This document shows, piece by piece, positions 21,887 to 31,934 of a stretch of 64,000 nucleotides of DNA. The notes beneath the pieces are model-generated. The model did no database searches. It was not told the DNA's origin and saw only the letters and a list, made by a program, of their open reading frames with translations. The translations under genes and the position numbers were made by a program. This stretch comes from a virus (taxonomy: Duplodnaviria > Caudoviricetes), in IMG/VR virus record IMGVR_UViG_3300026549_000038, positions 32,001 through 96,000 of that record, one strand, 5' to 3'. Position 1 is the stretch's first letter. Each line of letters opens with the position of its first letter.

Positions 21887-22600
21887 ATGGATTTTGCAGA
21901 AGGAAGAATGAGACCCGGTGTGGTTAGAAAAGTTGAAAACGGGGGAATTATCAAAGCTAGTGTCCCCGGTCTTTTTTCTGTTGAGGATCCACCTGAGAAA
22001 CTTCCTCCTATCAGAATGTTTCCTTGCGGTGTGGCCAATTCCATAACCCAAGTTAAAGAATTAGATGAGGTCTGGGTCTTGAATTTTGAAGATAATCCGG
22101 CCGAACTTTACTGGATTCGTAAAGACGATCAAGAAGATGCAGAAGACAACAGAAAGGCTTTGGATGACACGGACAACGAGAAGATTAAACCAGGAAATGC
22201 AACTGAGGTTATATTTAATAAAAACGATGGCGGACAGCAAGGATCACTATACTTCTCTAAAGAATCTGGAGTAGTTCTTAGAAAAGACGATTCTTATGTA
22301 CAAATCAATAGCAGCGGAGATATAGACATGGGTATTAATTACCCTGCGCGAGACATTAATATAACTCAGGAAGGAATTGTAATTGGTGGAGGTAGCGATG
22401 CATCAAAACCACAACCAGCTGTCCTGGGAGACAACTTAGAGGATACAATCAATGACATAGTTGAGGCGCTTGCCACTATCCAAGGCGCAGCTATGAAGAA
22501 CCCATACACAAAACAGATTGCGTTATGTCTTGCACCTCTGGTAACAAAGCTTCAAAACAAAGCCAATAGTATACTATCGTCTAATGTAAAGATAAGTTAA
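21887..22600 (+). CDS. Baseplate spike/hub protein (gp5/gpV-like N-terminal OB fold)
   Basis: GVV...GIIKASVP...DEVWVLNFEDNP; C-terminal QPAVLGD. Confidence 0.6.
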   Translation: MDFAEGRMRPGVVRKVENGGIIKASVPGLFSVEDPPEKLPPIRMFPCGVANSITQVKELDEVWVLNFEDNPAELYWIRKDDQEDAEDNRKALDDTDNEKIKPGNATEVIFNKNDGGQQGSLYFSKESGVVLRKDDSYVQINSSGDIDMGINYPARDINITQEGIVIGGGSDASKPQPAVLGDNLEDTINDIVEALATIQGAAMKNPYTKQIALCLAPLVTKLQNKANSILSSNVKIS

Positions 22601-22614
22601 GTTATTATATATTT

Positions 22615-22869
22615 ATGAACGAAAAGTTAAAAATAGATGACCAGGGAACGTTTTTGGATGAATATAGCGCCTGGGATGAAGCAAAGAATCTTCCATATGA
22701 TTATAAAAAAGAAGGTCTTGTCCAGCACATAATGTCTCCGGCTATAACCAATGCTAAAAATCCAATCACGAAATATATAATAAATGTATATGAAAGTTCA
22801 ATAATTTTCGTGTTTAAGTATATAGACGAGTTAAAGAACTTCAAAAATGTTCATTGGAAAAATAGATAA
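22615..22869 (+). CDS. Hypothetical protein
   Basis: 84-aa ORF ending the + operon. Confidence 0.55.
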   Translation: MNEKLKIDDQGTFLDEYSAWDEAKNLPYDYKKEGLVQHIMSPAITNAKNPITKYIINVYESSIIFVFKYIDELKNFKNVHWKNR

Positions 22870-22879
22870 ATCCTAAAAG

Positions 22880-24562
22880 TTAAAGTTCCTTTATATAAAA
22901 TTGGAACTTTTCTTTTTTATATAATCTTATTTTAGCCAATCCCTGGGAGTATATTCTTTTTGTAGGCCAAATATCAATCAAGTCGTATAAATAAAAATTG
23001 TTCTTTTCGTCAGTCTTTAGAAGTCCTCGACCAAGCGCCTGCTGATTGATGATGCTTGACTTGAATGACTGAGCATTAATAGCATAGTCTACATTTTTAA
23101 ACGTCAATCCAGTTCCAACGCAAGCAAAAGAAGCTACTAATATCACATCTTGATTTTCATTCATTGTCTTTATTATAGCTTGTCTTTTTTTAAGAGTGAT
23201 ACTACCAGTAATGACCAAGACTGTTTTCTGAGGCAAAGATTGTTCTATATACTTTGCTAGAAACTTAATATATTCAACATGATGTGCAAAAACGATACAG
23301 TTTTGATTTCCCCTGCTGTTTATAATTCTTTTTATAATGTCTAACCGCTTTATGTCATTATGCACTAACATCTGTTCAAGCATCAAGAGATTAGCAGCAG
23401 TATTCTTGCAAAGATCTATGAGATAATCTTTATATTCATTCTTTGTACACATGCGTTTTGCTTGCTGAACACCAAACGGAAGAGTCTTGACGTTCACCAT
23501 AGTAAACCTTCTTTCCTCCTCCGGCAGTTTTTGAACCTTCCCATCTACTTTTTTATCATTCCCTACAAGATACTCACCACATGTAATATATTCATTATCA
23601 AGACTTTCTGATTCTGGATGAAATATTCTGATCTGTGTAATGACCGGTTTAGCAAGATATCCCTCATCCACCAGCTCGGCGGTCTTCAATTGTTGAATGG
23701 TTGGTCCCATAAGACTGTGACATGCAAAGCTCTCAATAGTTCCTTCATCCGGAAGCGTTCCAGTAAACCCGAATTTGAGCTTTACATTTTTCATAAATGG
23801 TTGTGAGAGTATTGTGTTGATAGACTTGCATTGGAGCTTATGAGCCTCGTCGACACACACAAGGTCATACTCCGAGAAAAACGACGGAGAATATTTTGCA
23901 GATTTTTTATCAGCTCTCTTTACTAGACTTTGAAATGTGCCAATAGTTAAATTAGAGCTCTCGCATAGCTCGCCTTGTGCCCAAACAGTTTCGGACTTAA
24001 AAAATTCAGCATATGAACTCATATCCTCAACACCTTGCTTGACAAGCTGAATAGACGGCACGATCATAAGAATCTTTTTCACGCCGAGTTTTTCCATAGC
24101 AGTACGAAAAACAATATACCCTATCAGTGTTTTTCCGGCTCGTGTAGCAAGTTCACTTAGGCTTTGATTATATTTAAGTATCAGCCAAGCGGCTTTAAGC
24201 TGATAAGGTCTAGGCTCGATATTCAAGTTCCAATTCCTTACATAGACTACAAAGTCCTCCTGAGACATATCGAATTTCGTATATTTAAGATTATTCTCTA
24301 TGCCATTGACAGTGACTTTGTTTTCAACACCCCAGTCATAAATTGTCTTATATAGACCACTATGAGCCCAATATACAACTACTCCGTCTTTCGTTTTGAA
24401 TTTATTGAGATATACTTCGGGTTTTGGGGGGGCGGTATAAGAAGGGAGAAACATATATGAAGGAATCTTATTAAGATATTTTTCCAGCTCCTTCAATTCT
24501 TTTTGATCTCCCGTTAAAAAAATATATCGAAAATCGTCAGATTTATAATGTATGTTTATCAT
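22880..24562 (-). CDS. uvsW: SF2 DNA helicase (T4 UvsW-like)
   Basis: PRPYQ, ATRAGKT, DEAH, GFTGT, QALGRGL, YDLID motifs. Confidence 0.88.
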   Translation of the reverse strand: MINIHYKSDDFRYIFLTGDQKELKELEKYLNKIPSYMFLPSYTAPPKPEVYLNKFKTKDGVVVYWAHSGLYKTIYDWGVENKVTVNGIENNLKYTKFDMSQEDFVVYVRNWNLNIEPRPYQLKAAWLILKYNQSLSELATRAGKTLIGYIVFRTAMEKLGVKKILMIVPSIQLVKQGVEDMSSYAEFFKSETVWAQGELCESSNLTIGTFQSLVKRADKKSAKYSPSFFSEYDLVCVDEAHKLQCKSINTILSQPFMKNVKLKFGFTGTLPDEGTIESFACHSLMGPTIQQLKTAELVDEGYLAKPVITQIRIFHPESESLDNEYITCGEYLVGNDKKVDGKVQKLPEEERRFTMVNVKTLPFGVQQAKRMCTKNEYKDYLIDLCKNTAANLLMLEQMLVHNDIKRLDIIKRIINSRGNQNCIVFAHHVEYIKFLAKYIEQSLPQKTVLVITGSITLKKRQAIIKTMNENQDVILVASFACVGTGLTFKNVDYAINAQSFKSSIINQQALGRGLLKTDEKNNFYLYDLIDIWPTKRIYSQGLAKIRLYKKEKFQFYIKEL

Positions 24563-24941
24563 TTTCTATATATAAAAATTCTGAGTTTATCATTGCATGT
24601 CTCAACTCCCAGCTAATGAACCTACTAGTGATTCCTACATTAGGTTTTAATCCCCAAAGTTTTAAAAAATACAATTCTTCGTTTTCTTCTTGAGAAAGAT
24701 TTTTAAAATTTTCTAAGAACTTTGATTGCTCCGGAACCGGAACAATATCAAAAAACATTTTTATACAATCCTCATCAAACAGATTATAAACTTTATATGA
24801 ATTGGGTCCGATGCCAGTATAAGCTATAACATAAGCTTCAGTACAGATAAACTTTACAAAATCTTTGTATGAGTCTCTTAACACCTGAGATTCGGTTTCA
24901 GTCGCAACGGCATTTGGATCTATGTTAGTAAAAACAGACAC
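24543..24941 (-). CDS. Hypothetical protein
   Basis: Tightly packed minus-strand operon. Confidence 0.5.
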   Translation of the reverse strand: MSVFTNIDPNAVATETESQVLRDSYKDFVKFICTEAYVIAYTGIGPNSYKVYNLFDEDCIKMFFDIVPVPEQSKFLENFKNLSQEENEELYFLKLWGLKPNVGITSRFISWELRHAMINSEFLYIENDKHTL

Positions 24942-24943
24942 GG

Positions 24944-25438
24944 TTAAAATTCAAAAGGGATAAATCTGACACAAAATTCAACTTGTAATCTCTCCTCGGG
25001 CGGATTGTCTTCGATATAATAAATATCAACTCCAATATCAAATCTTCCAGTGCATTCATGACTGCTATACTCGCTATACGGATATTTTTGGTTGGGGTGT
25101 AGTTCGAGTTTGTCCTGATGTATGATTTTATCTACTATCCTCCTGAGTGTACCATCTACCCAACATCTGATATATCTCTCCTTTGGAATTATCATCTCCA
25201 TAGCACTGGTGCTATCATCTACAGCAGTTGCTATGATGTAATCTTCATTCTCCTCTAGCGCATAATAGTCAATTAACGACGGTTCTCGATTCGCCCAAGT
25301 AAAATTATATTTCTCAAACATATCCGCAACTTTCGAGAACTCAAAATCTCTATGCAACGTATAAAAATTTTCGAAAATGCGAGTTCTCAAAACATTCTTT
25401 AGCTCTTGCGTTAATTTTATAGTTTTAACATTACTCAT
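24944..25438 (-). CDS. Hypothetical protein
   Basis: Tightly packed minus-strand operon. Confidence 0.6.
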   Translation of the reverse strand: MSNVKTIKLTQELKNVLRTRIFENFYTLHRDFEFSKVADMFEKYNFTWANREPSLIDYYALEENEDYIIATAVDDSTSAMEMIIPKERYIRCWVDGTLRRIVDKIIHQDKLELHPNQKYPYSEYSSHECTGRFDIGVDIYYIEDNPPEERLQVEFCVRFIPFEF

Positions 25439-25440
25439 AA

Positions 25441-25620
25441 TTAGTCATTTGTTTTGTCTACAACTGCAACTCTGATGTGATTGACCTTATTGTAAATTTT
25501 CAACGGTACAAAAGTGATGTCTCCGTCTGCGGCCGCAATGCACTCTTCGTAATACTCATCATACTTCTGGCTTTCTGGCCATTCTACGGCAACGTAAATG
25601 TCTTCTATCTGTGGTTTCAT
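25441..25620 (-). CDS. Hypothetical protein (59 aa, MKPQIEDIYVAVEWPESQ...)
   Basis: Fills the gap between neighbours; not in the ORF track. Confidence 0.55.
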   Translation of the reverse strand: MKPQIEDIYVAVEWPESQKYDEYYEECIAAADGDITFVPLKIYNKVNHIRVAVVDKTND

Positions 25621-25632
25621 AACTGTATTATT

Positions 25633-25962
25633 TTATCTTAAAATTAAAATTATCACACCTACAATTAAAATGATTAGTACTTTTGTACTGACTGGGCCCA
25701 TGATAGCTCCGATGACGAATGACTCTAAGCTGTCAAACTTCTGCTGTTTTCCGCTGCGGAACATCTGTCCGAAGCACAAGATGATTGTACTAGCTGCTAT
25801 GCCTACTCCGAATTTATTGTGAATAGAAAAGTCCGCTGCAATCACAATCTCGTTAACAATAAACTCTACGAGATACAGACTTTCCTGTATCAGAAAGCCA
25901 TTAAGCAGAGTGTTCACTATCGTAAAGACCGCAACTGTCAGTAATATCCAATGCAATTTCAT
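25633..25962 (-). CDS. Small membrane protein
   Basis: 3-4 hydrophobic segments; promoter motif upstream. Confidence 0.6.
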   Translation of the reverse strand: MKLHWILLTVAVFTIVNTLLNGFLIQESLYLVEFIVNEIVIAADFSIHNKFGVGIAASTIILCFGQMFRSGKQQKFDSLESFVIGAIMGPVSTKVLIILIVGVIILILR

Positions 25963-25996
25963 TTTATGTTTCCTGCGGTTAGTTTTTATTTATGTT

Positions 25997-26027
25997 TATA
26001 TATAACAAATATTAGAAAAACATTTAG
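25997..26027 (-). promoter_or_regulatory. Recurrent phage promoter motif CTAAAT-N12/13-TTGTTATATATA
   Basis: Exact motif upstream of the 25962 start; recurs many times in the window. Confidence 0.7.
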
Positions 26028-26043
26028 TTGAAATATTAAATAT

Positions 26044-26388
26044 TTACCACCCATAACTGTTAAACTGCGTCACTTCTCCTCTCCAATCTACATAACGAAC
26101 TCCGCCACTTGCACATATATCCAATTCTTTACTGAATTTCTTGGGGTTTCGTTTGATTTTTGCTCTATCAATTAGAACATCTTGAATAAACGCACCACAG
26201 TCTCCGACAACTGCATTGAACCCGCTAACCCGTTCACTGCGATATTTAACACCTTCTATCCTTGTTGTCCAATATCCAGACCAACCCCCTACAAAATCCA
26301 GATTTTTGAGAGCCTCAAGACGCCACTGTGACAAAATGGCGGTATTTAAGAATCTGTTTCTTTTAAATAAACACATATTATAATTCAA
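26044..26388 (-). CDS. Hypothetical protein
   Basis: Minus-strand operon. Confidence 0.5.
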   Translation of the reverse strand: MNYNMCLFKRNRFLNTAILSQWRLEALKNLDFVGGWSGYWTTRIEGVKYRSERVSGFNAVVGDCGAFIQDVLIDRAKIKRNPKKFSKELDICASGGVRYVDWRGEVTQFNSYGW

Positions 26389-26776
26389 ATTTTTTATCTA
26401 TTCCGCACAAAGCCAGTGCGTTTTGAAGTTGATGTACATATTTTAATGTTCCACTAAAATCACCAATACCTTCAGTTGGCTCTATATGAGTTTCCCACGT
26501 TCCAGCATCAAATCCATTTGAGTACATAGGAATAAGATAAGAATTATCATCGCTATATACACCATCTTTATCTTCATAAAATCCATTCTTCTCCAAAATT
26601 TCAGGAGTGATTTCGATGGGTTCGAGGTCTTTTACGCTTACAGGAAATAATGTTGCGCTCGCTGCGAAGCTTGCACACACGCCTCTACCCTCAACATAAG
26701 GAAGGTCTACGATTTTATCTATACCGTATGGAAACTTCACCCAGTTTCCTATGCTTAGTTCTTTAATGTTTATCAT
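26378..26776 (-). CDS. Bacteroidota-phage-type hypothetical protein
   Basis: ELSIGNWV...EPIEITPEILEKNGF...YVHQLQNAL pattern. Confidence 0.65.
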   Translation of the reverse strand: MINIKELSIGNWVKFPYGIDKIVDLPYVEGRGVCASFAASATLFPVSVKDLEPIEITPEILEKNGFYEDKDGVYSDDNSYLIPMYSNGFDAGTWETHIEPTEGIGDFSGTLKYVHQLQNALALCGIDKKFEL

Positions 26777-26815
26777 TGTTATTCTATCAAAATGGTTATG
26801 TTTCTCTTGTAATGG

Positions 26816-28021
26816 TTATTCACCAGCTTTGAAGTTATACACGGGCTTTATAATATCTACAATCTCAGCTGTGGGTTCAATACACCGGATAATCTCATCC
26901 ATTGGCTTGTAGGCCATCGGTGATTCGTCAATGGTTCCCTTTCCGACAGTTGTTGAGTAGATTCCGGACATTGTGTTCTTGAACTCATCAACCGAGAGGG
27001 TATCCTTTGCCTTGGCACGGGACATCAGTCTTCCAGCGCCGTGTGGGGCAGAGTAGTTCCAGTCAGGATTACCTTTGCCGATACATATCAGTGAGCCATC
27101 ACGCATATTCATCGGGATGATGAGCTTCTCGCCGGCATCGGCGCGGACCGCTCCCTTGCGAAGTATCATCGCGTCGGCGTCGATATAGTTGTGGATGGTT
27201 TCAAATTCATCCTGAGCCACCCAGTTCATCTTGTCACAAATGATTCTGGCTATGGTTTCCCTATTCTTTACGGCATATCTTTGAGTAATCTCCATGTCGT
27301 GAATATACGAATTGAAGTTCTCACCGGTCAGGTGTGCAAGGTCTTTTGAGGCAGATGGTTTCTTGAGAAGCTTGAGTTCTTTCTGAATATCTTTCTGGCG
27401 ACCTTCTGCGGTAAGTTTCTTAATAAGCGCTCTTTTAGCAGTAGACATTTCATTGAGGCACTTAAATGCAAGGTCTTGATAAAACTTACATACTTGAACC
27501 CCAAGATTTCTACTACCGGAATGGATAACTAAGTAAACGTCTCCCCCTTCTGAGCGGTCGAGCTCGATAAAGTGATTTCCACCACCAAGAGTCCCAAGGC
27601 TCTTTATTACTCTGGATGAATCTATACCGTTGATACAATATAGGTCGTCCAGTTCTGGAAACTTTGCCCAGGCCTGGCTATGAATATCGAATCCCGATGG
27701 AACAAATTTGTGTATTACTTCGTCGAGTTTCTTATAATCGTCTTCAGTAATATCAGTTTCGCCCATCTTTCGAATCTTCATAACACGCATACCGCAGCCA
27801 ATATCTACACCGACGAGATTTGGGGTTACCGCACCGTGCAGAGTCATCGTTGTGCCAATTGTGCAACCCTTGCCGGCATGTGCGTCCGGCATGATCCGGA
27901 TAGTCGAATCAGCATAGGGAGAATAGTTGGCCAGAGTCTTCACCTGGTCATAAGCCTCATATTCGAAGGTCTCGGCGAAAACCTTCACCGGAGAGCCGTT
28001 ATTTCTCTTAATTTCAATCAT
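26816..28021 (-). CDS. rtcB: RNA-splicing/repair ligase RtcB
   Basis: MPDAHAG, VGVDIGCG, GTLGGGNHFIE, IHSGSR, HNY, SAPHGAGR, DESPMAYK motifs. Confidence 0.95.
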   Translation of the reverse strand: MIEIKRNNGSPVKVFAETFEYEAYDQVKTLANYSPYADSTIRIMPDAHAGKGCTIGTTMTLHGAVTPNLVGVDIGCGMRVMKIRKMGETDITEDDYKKLDEVIHKFVPSGFDIHSQAWAKFPELDDLYCINGIDSSRVIKSLGTLGGGNHFIELDRSEGGDVYLVIHSGSRNLGVQVCKFYQDLAFKCLNEMSTAKRALIKKLTAEGRQKDIQKELKLLKKPSASKDLAHLTGENFNSYIHDMEITQRYAVKNRETIARIICDKMNWVAQDEFETIHNYIDADAMILRKGAVRADAGEKLIIPMNMRDGSLICIGKGNPDWNYSAPHGAGRLMSRAKAKDTLSVDEFKNTMSGIYSTTVGKGTIDESPMAYKPMDEIIRCIEPTAEIVDIIKPVYNFKAGE

Positions 28022-28027
28022 ATTATC

Positions 28028-28110
28028 CTATTTAAATATCTTCCTGTAATGTTCACACAGCGCCTCGCAGGTAGGAAAACCAAATCGTATAGTACTTTCC
28101 AAAAAGGTCT
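28028..28110 (-). pseudogene. Frameshifted remnant paralogous to the 3' end of 28779..28976
   Basis: Encodes FPTCEALCEHYRKIFK* versus FPTREVLCEHYRKIFE*; in-frame stop just upstream. Confidence 0.55.
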
Positions 28111-28255
28111 TCCTTATTCATCCGACATATTTTATACAGTAACAGGTGTTTTATTTCTAAAACTCATTATTTTTACAGAGTTTCGGAAATAAATATACAT
28201 ATTAGGTGCCAAATATCTCTTAAATATTATGTCATTTGTTTCTGTCTTAATAAAA

Positions 28256-28448
28256 AACTCTCACTACTGCACTCCTTGGGGATTACCCCGTGGTCTGTCG
28301 CCCAATAGCCGAGTCAGGTATTGAACATAATTTTATTTTAATTTTCATTAAAATCTCGCGAGCTGTTCTTTAGTACACCCACTCCTCGCATTTTTGCTAT
28401 GATTAGGCTCAGGGGCTCAGGTGAGAGTTAATGCCTACTACAGCCCCT
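28256..28448 (-). ncRNA. Candidate structured RNA upstream of rtcB
   Basis: GC-rich non-coding island; AACTCTCAC/GTGAGAGTT pairing; AGGGGCT/AGCCCCT crossing TAGGC/GCCTA. Confidence 0.4.
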
Positions 28449-28485
28449 TTTTCGGTTCTTTGTTCATTGTTTTTTCTCTAACTAT

Positions 28486-28758
28486 TTATGGTCTTCCATA
28501 TTCCTTGATTGAACCTTGGTAGTTGAACACAGAATTTATAAATTTCTTGATTTCGTCTTCTGTTGCGAGTCTTACATCACCTCCATACTGCCAGTTGGCA
28601 TGTCCAGATGATTTCCTCAGTTTGCCGTCAGGATCAAAGCCAATTAAAACACCATACCCGTCACCGGTCACATAACCAGTATGAATGAAAACTCTGTGCT
28701 CTTCACTTTTAATTCCTTTGCTACCGAGTTTATAAAGAAAGTCTCCTGCTTTATACAT
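28486..28758 (-). CDS. Hypothetical protein
   Basis: KAGDFL...RLATEDE pattern common in phage ORFans. Confidence 0.6.
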   Translation of the reverse strand: MYKAGDFLYKLGSKGIKSEEHRVFIHTGYVTGDGYGVLIGFDPDGKLRKSSGHANWQYGGDVRLATEDEIKKFINSVFNYQGSIKEYGRP

Positions 28759-28778
28759 AACGCTTATAATTTATTTAA

Positions 28779-28976
28779 TTACTCAAATATTTTCCTGTAA
28801 TGTTCGCACAGCACCTCGCGGGTGGGAAACGGTAAGGTGTGTTCGTCGAAGCCGACCGGCATACCTGTATGCTCGTCAATTGCTTCCAGAATGTTGTAAT
28901 CAATTTTTTTAATTATGGCGGAAGAGATAACCCTATTGTAGTTATCAAAATACCACACCTTGTCTCCTGGTTTCAT
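28779..28976 (-). CDS. Hypothetical protein
   Basis: MKPGDKVW...FPTRE.L pattern. Confidence 0.6.
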   Translation of the reverse strand: MKPGDKVWYFDNYNRVISSAIIKKIDYNILEAIDEHTGMPVGFDEHTLPFPTREVLCEHYRKIFE

Positions 28977-28988
28977 CTATTCTATCTC

Positions 28989-29273
28989 CTATCTAATTTT
29001 TTTAAGTTCTTCTTTTAGTCTTTCATGAAAAGTCTCTTCCCCGTCATCGCCCGCAAGAAGCCAGTCTATTCTTTGCATATAGATTTTGGCTTTCTGAATT
29101 AACTCAAGACCTTTCTTAAACTCTGCAATAGTATCATTAGTCCATCTATATCCGTCCCAATACTCATCACTACACCATTCAGATTGGGTATTGTTGTTGT
29201 CTATTTCTTCCTGTATTCTATCAGCAACATACTGTAATCTATACTGCAAATAGTCAAATGTTCCTCCACTCAT
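28989..29273 (-). CDS. Conserved phage hypothetical protein
   Basis: MSGGTFDY...IDWLLAGDDGEETF motif. Confidence 0.7.
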   Translation of the reverse strand: MSGGTFDYLQYRLQYVADRIQEEIDNNNTQSEWCSDEYWDGYRWTNDTIAEFKKGLELIQKAKIYMQRIDWLLAGDDGEETFHERLKEELKKIR

Positions 29274-29301
29274 AGTTATTTTTCTTTAATTGTTTGCTTG
29301 G

Positions 29302-29478
29302 TTATTTCAATAACTTCAATAAATCTTCGGCTTTTTTCCTGTTCTCAAATCCCTTTATATTTATCCATTTGTCGCAGAAAAAGCCTCCTTCAAATTTCTG
29401 AACAAAGTAAATTGTATAGGGGATACAACCGCCGCCGACATATACGGGATACTTTGCGTATATTCTGAATTTTGCCAT
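29302..29478 (-). CDS. Hypothetical protein (58 aa)
   Basis: Fills the operon gap; not in the ORF track. Confidence 0.45.
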   Translation of the reverse strand: MAKFRIYAKYPVYVGGGCIPYTIYFVQKFEGGFFCDKWINIKGFENRKKAEDLLKLLK

Positions 29479-29497
29479 AGTTCTTTAATTGTCCTGT

Positions 29498-29992
29498 TTA
29501 TTCCTCTTTCATTGTTGGTTCTACAGGATTAGGAATCTCTCTTGTTGCTGTATATGTGTAAGTTATATTACTATTTATATTACCGTTACTGTGGGTCTTT
29601 GGACAATTCACACAATCCATATGAGGATTGGTACAGGTACCTCCTGGTTCATAGCACTTGGGTTCTCTGGCATCTAATGATTGATACCAAGGTGTTGTGT
29701 TTGGAATGTACGGAGTATAAGGAGTGTATTCTTTCTCTATCCTTATCTCAGCGGGTTTATTTATGGCATTGAGCAATATCACTGCCTCCTTGCCGCTGAT
29801 TTTCTTCTCGTCGATAAGTTTCTCGACGATTTCTTGTGCTGTTAGTTCTTTCTGCTGTTCCATATTAATTGTATTATAAGTTCTTATAGTTACTTTAGGA
29901 GTTTCATACTCTCTATCAGAACAATATAATTCTCCACACCACTCACAGTGTTTTGCCGAGAACGGGCAGTTTGAAAATTTAATGTCACTCAT
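29498..29992 (-). CDS. Cys-cluster hypothetical protein
   Basis: Two Cys clusters. Confidence 0.55.
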   Translation of the reverse strand: MSDIKFSNCPFSAKHCEWCGELYCSDREYETPKVTIRTYNTINMEQQKELTAQEIVEKLIDEKKISGKEAVILLNAINKPAEIRIEKEYTPYTPYIPNTTPWYQSLDAREPKCYEPGGTCTNPHMDCVNCPKTHSNGNINSNITYTYTATREIPNPVEPTMKEE

Positions 29993-30005
29993 ATTATTCT
30001 TCTAT

Positions 30006-30590
30006 TTATTTTGTTCTCATGTGCTCTTTTAGGTAAGCCATCAGATCCTCTATTGAGCGAAAGATAGTTTTACCAATCATATTCCCGTTCACTGTCAAAG
30101 TATCATTTCCGCTCTTGAGTTCCCATTCCATGTCTACATAGTCACGAGGGACACCAAGGTTATTATATTCATCTCTGTTGTAATTGCAGAAATTTACTTT
30201 CCTTACGCCCCATTCCCTGATTTGACCATTGCTGATGGTATAGAACTTCTTTTCAAAGAGATCCTCCCACTTTTTAATGGAAAGTACATTATCATTAGCA
30301 TTGAACCGTTTTGCTACTTCCTCGTAGATTTCATCATCTGTCTTGTTTCTAGATTCAAAAGAACCTGAAATTTCACTATACAGTTTCAGGATTTCTGATA
30401 TTTCGTTTGCTGTCATAAATTGGTGTTTCTTGTTGTTTTTATGTGTATCATCTTTATGAAGAAGATTATACCTTATCAATACTTCCCGGTAGTACTCTTC
30501 CTTTCCCATTTCATGAATCTCTCCCACTGCTATAGAATTGGTAACTTCAGTAAGAAGGTCATCTATAAGTTTAATGTCTTCTGTTATCAT
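30006..30590 (-). CDS. Hypothetical protein
   Basis: Minus-strand operon. Confidence 0.6.
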   Translation of the reverse strand: MITEDIKLIDDLLTEVTNSIAVGEIHEMGKEEYYREVLIRYNLLHKDDTHKNNKKHQFMTANEISEILKLYSEISGSFESRNKTDDEIYEEVAKRFNANDNVLSIKKWEDLFEKKFYTISNGQIREWGVRKVNFCNYNRDEYNNLGVPRDYVDMEWELKSGNDTLTVNGNMIGKTIFRSIEDLMAYLKEHMRTK

Positions 30591-30610
30591 AAATCCATTT
30601 ATCTATTTTT

Positions 30611-31060
30611 TTAATATCCGCTTTCAATTTTACCTTCACAAACTATTTTCTCGGAACAAAAACTAGGAAAATTATTACCCCAATCAAAGTATGATCCTTC
30701 TACATAAACAGACTCTTTAGGAATGATACATTTTACTATAACATAAGTATACTGTCTGATACTCAGTCGTGAAAACCTGGCTTCAAGAGCATTTCGAAAA
30801 GACAAAGCATCTGTCGAGTTTGTAAAAGAATGAAATCCTTCTTCTACCTTGTAAGGATAACGAAGTTCTTTGGGGGTTTCGGAAACATCCATCAATTGTA
30901 ATTGCTCTCCCAATTCATAAGTGTGCCCTTCCTTATAAGCCATACCCTGATAAGGAGACATCCACCAACCGTTGTCTCCAGAATATTCAACCATAACTTT
31001 ATAGCAATCCATATCTTCCTTTGCTACCCTTACTTTTTTACTCGTTGTATATAAACACAT
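30611..31060 (-). CDS. Tandem paralog 5 of 5 (MCL...EDxxCYK...EGFHS...CxIPKG family)
   Basis: Motifs shared with four neighbours. Confidence 0.8.
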   Translation of the reverse strand: MCLYTTSKKVRVAKEDMDCYKVMVEYSGDNGWWMSPYQGMAYKEGHTYELGEQLQLMDVSETPKELRYPYKVEEGFHSFTNSTDALSFRNALEARFSRLSIRQYTYVIVKCIIPKESVYVEGSYFDWGNNFPSFCSEKIVCEGKIESGY

Positions 31061-31520
31061 ACTAAACCTCTTTTACACAAATTATTTCATCAGATACATA
31101 ACCCGCTGGACTGTTTTCGGACAGGTCTATCGCACCTTTCACATATTTGGCTCCCTTTGGAATAATACATTGTACTATTGTCCACCCTTTATCATACCTA
31201 TAACACGATTCAGACAACATACGCTTTGCATCTTGAATATCTACAAAAGAGTGGAATCCTTCATTAAACATATATGGATGTTCAGGATAGGTAGTAAAAA
31301 CGTGAACAAGAGATTTAAATAAATAATAGCGTTTTTTTAGTTGATAAGTGTAATAATTATAGAAAGGTGCTCTGTACGTGGGTTTGTGAAAAATCCGAAA
31401 AATCCAGTTTTTTCTTTCTTTTACTAATATCTTGTAGCAGATAATATCTTCCTTTGCTATCCTTACTTTTTTACTCGTTGTATATAAACACATACTAAAC
31501 CTCTTTTACACAAATTATTT
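31011..31520. repeat. 77-bp direct repeat (31011-31087 and 31444-31520, 1 mismatch) spanning gene junctions
   Basis: ATATCTTCCTTTGCTA(C/T)CCTTAC...CACAAATTATTT occurs twice, 433 bp apart. Confidence 0.85.
31062..31493 (-). CDS. Tandem paralog 4 of 5
   Basis: Shared motifs. Confidence 0.8.
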   Translation of the reverse strand: MCLYTTSKKVRIAKEDIICYKILVKERKNWIFRIFHKPTYRAPFYNYYTYQLKKRYYLFKSLVHVFTTYPEHPYMFNEGFHSFVDIQDAKRMLSESCYRYDKGWTIVQCIIPKGAKYVKGAIDLSENSPAGYVSDEIICVKEV

Positions 31521-31932
31521 TATCGGATGCGTAGTTTAGATACCCCATGTATGTACCTTCAACATAGTTAGCACCCTTTGGAATAACACATTTTACTACC
31601 ACGTACGAACTACTACAAACATGTATATCGGCATTATACTTGTAAGCATCTTCTTTGCATGTGAAAGAATGAAACCCTCTTTCAACAAACCGCCACTCCT
31701 TGTCAGCAATACTCGTACATGCTTTCGAATATCTAGCGGGATAGGTAATAACTGGACATGTGGTAACGACAAGACCACCATTCAACATATAATTTAAGGC
31801 TCCCGCGTTGTATATGTAATCGCGGAATTCTGATCTATAGATTCCAGGCTGCAGTCTCTGTACCACTTTGTAGCAGACTATGTTTTCTTCTGCTGCTTTT
31901 ATTTCTGAATTTTCAATTAAAGTCAAACACAT
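31495..31932 (-). CDS. Tandem paralog 3 of 5
   Basis: Shared motifs. Confidence 0.8.
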   Translation of the reverse strand: MCLTLIENSEIKAAEENIVCYKVVQRLQPGIYRSEFRDYIYNAGALNYMLNGGLVVTTCPVITYPARYSKACTSIADKEWRFVERGFHSFTCKEDAYKYNADIHVCSSSYVVVKCVIPKGANYVEGTYMGYLNYASDKIICVKEV

Positions 31933-31934
31933 AT

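Noticed and set aside
27680-28192. 170-aa + strand ORF
   Set aside because: It is antisense to rtcB with no motifs.
31011-31520. DGR template/variable repeat pair
   Set aside because: There is only one mismatch, the repeats span gene junctions, and no reverse transcriptase is in the window.
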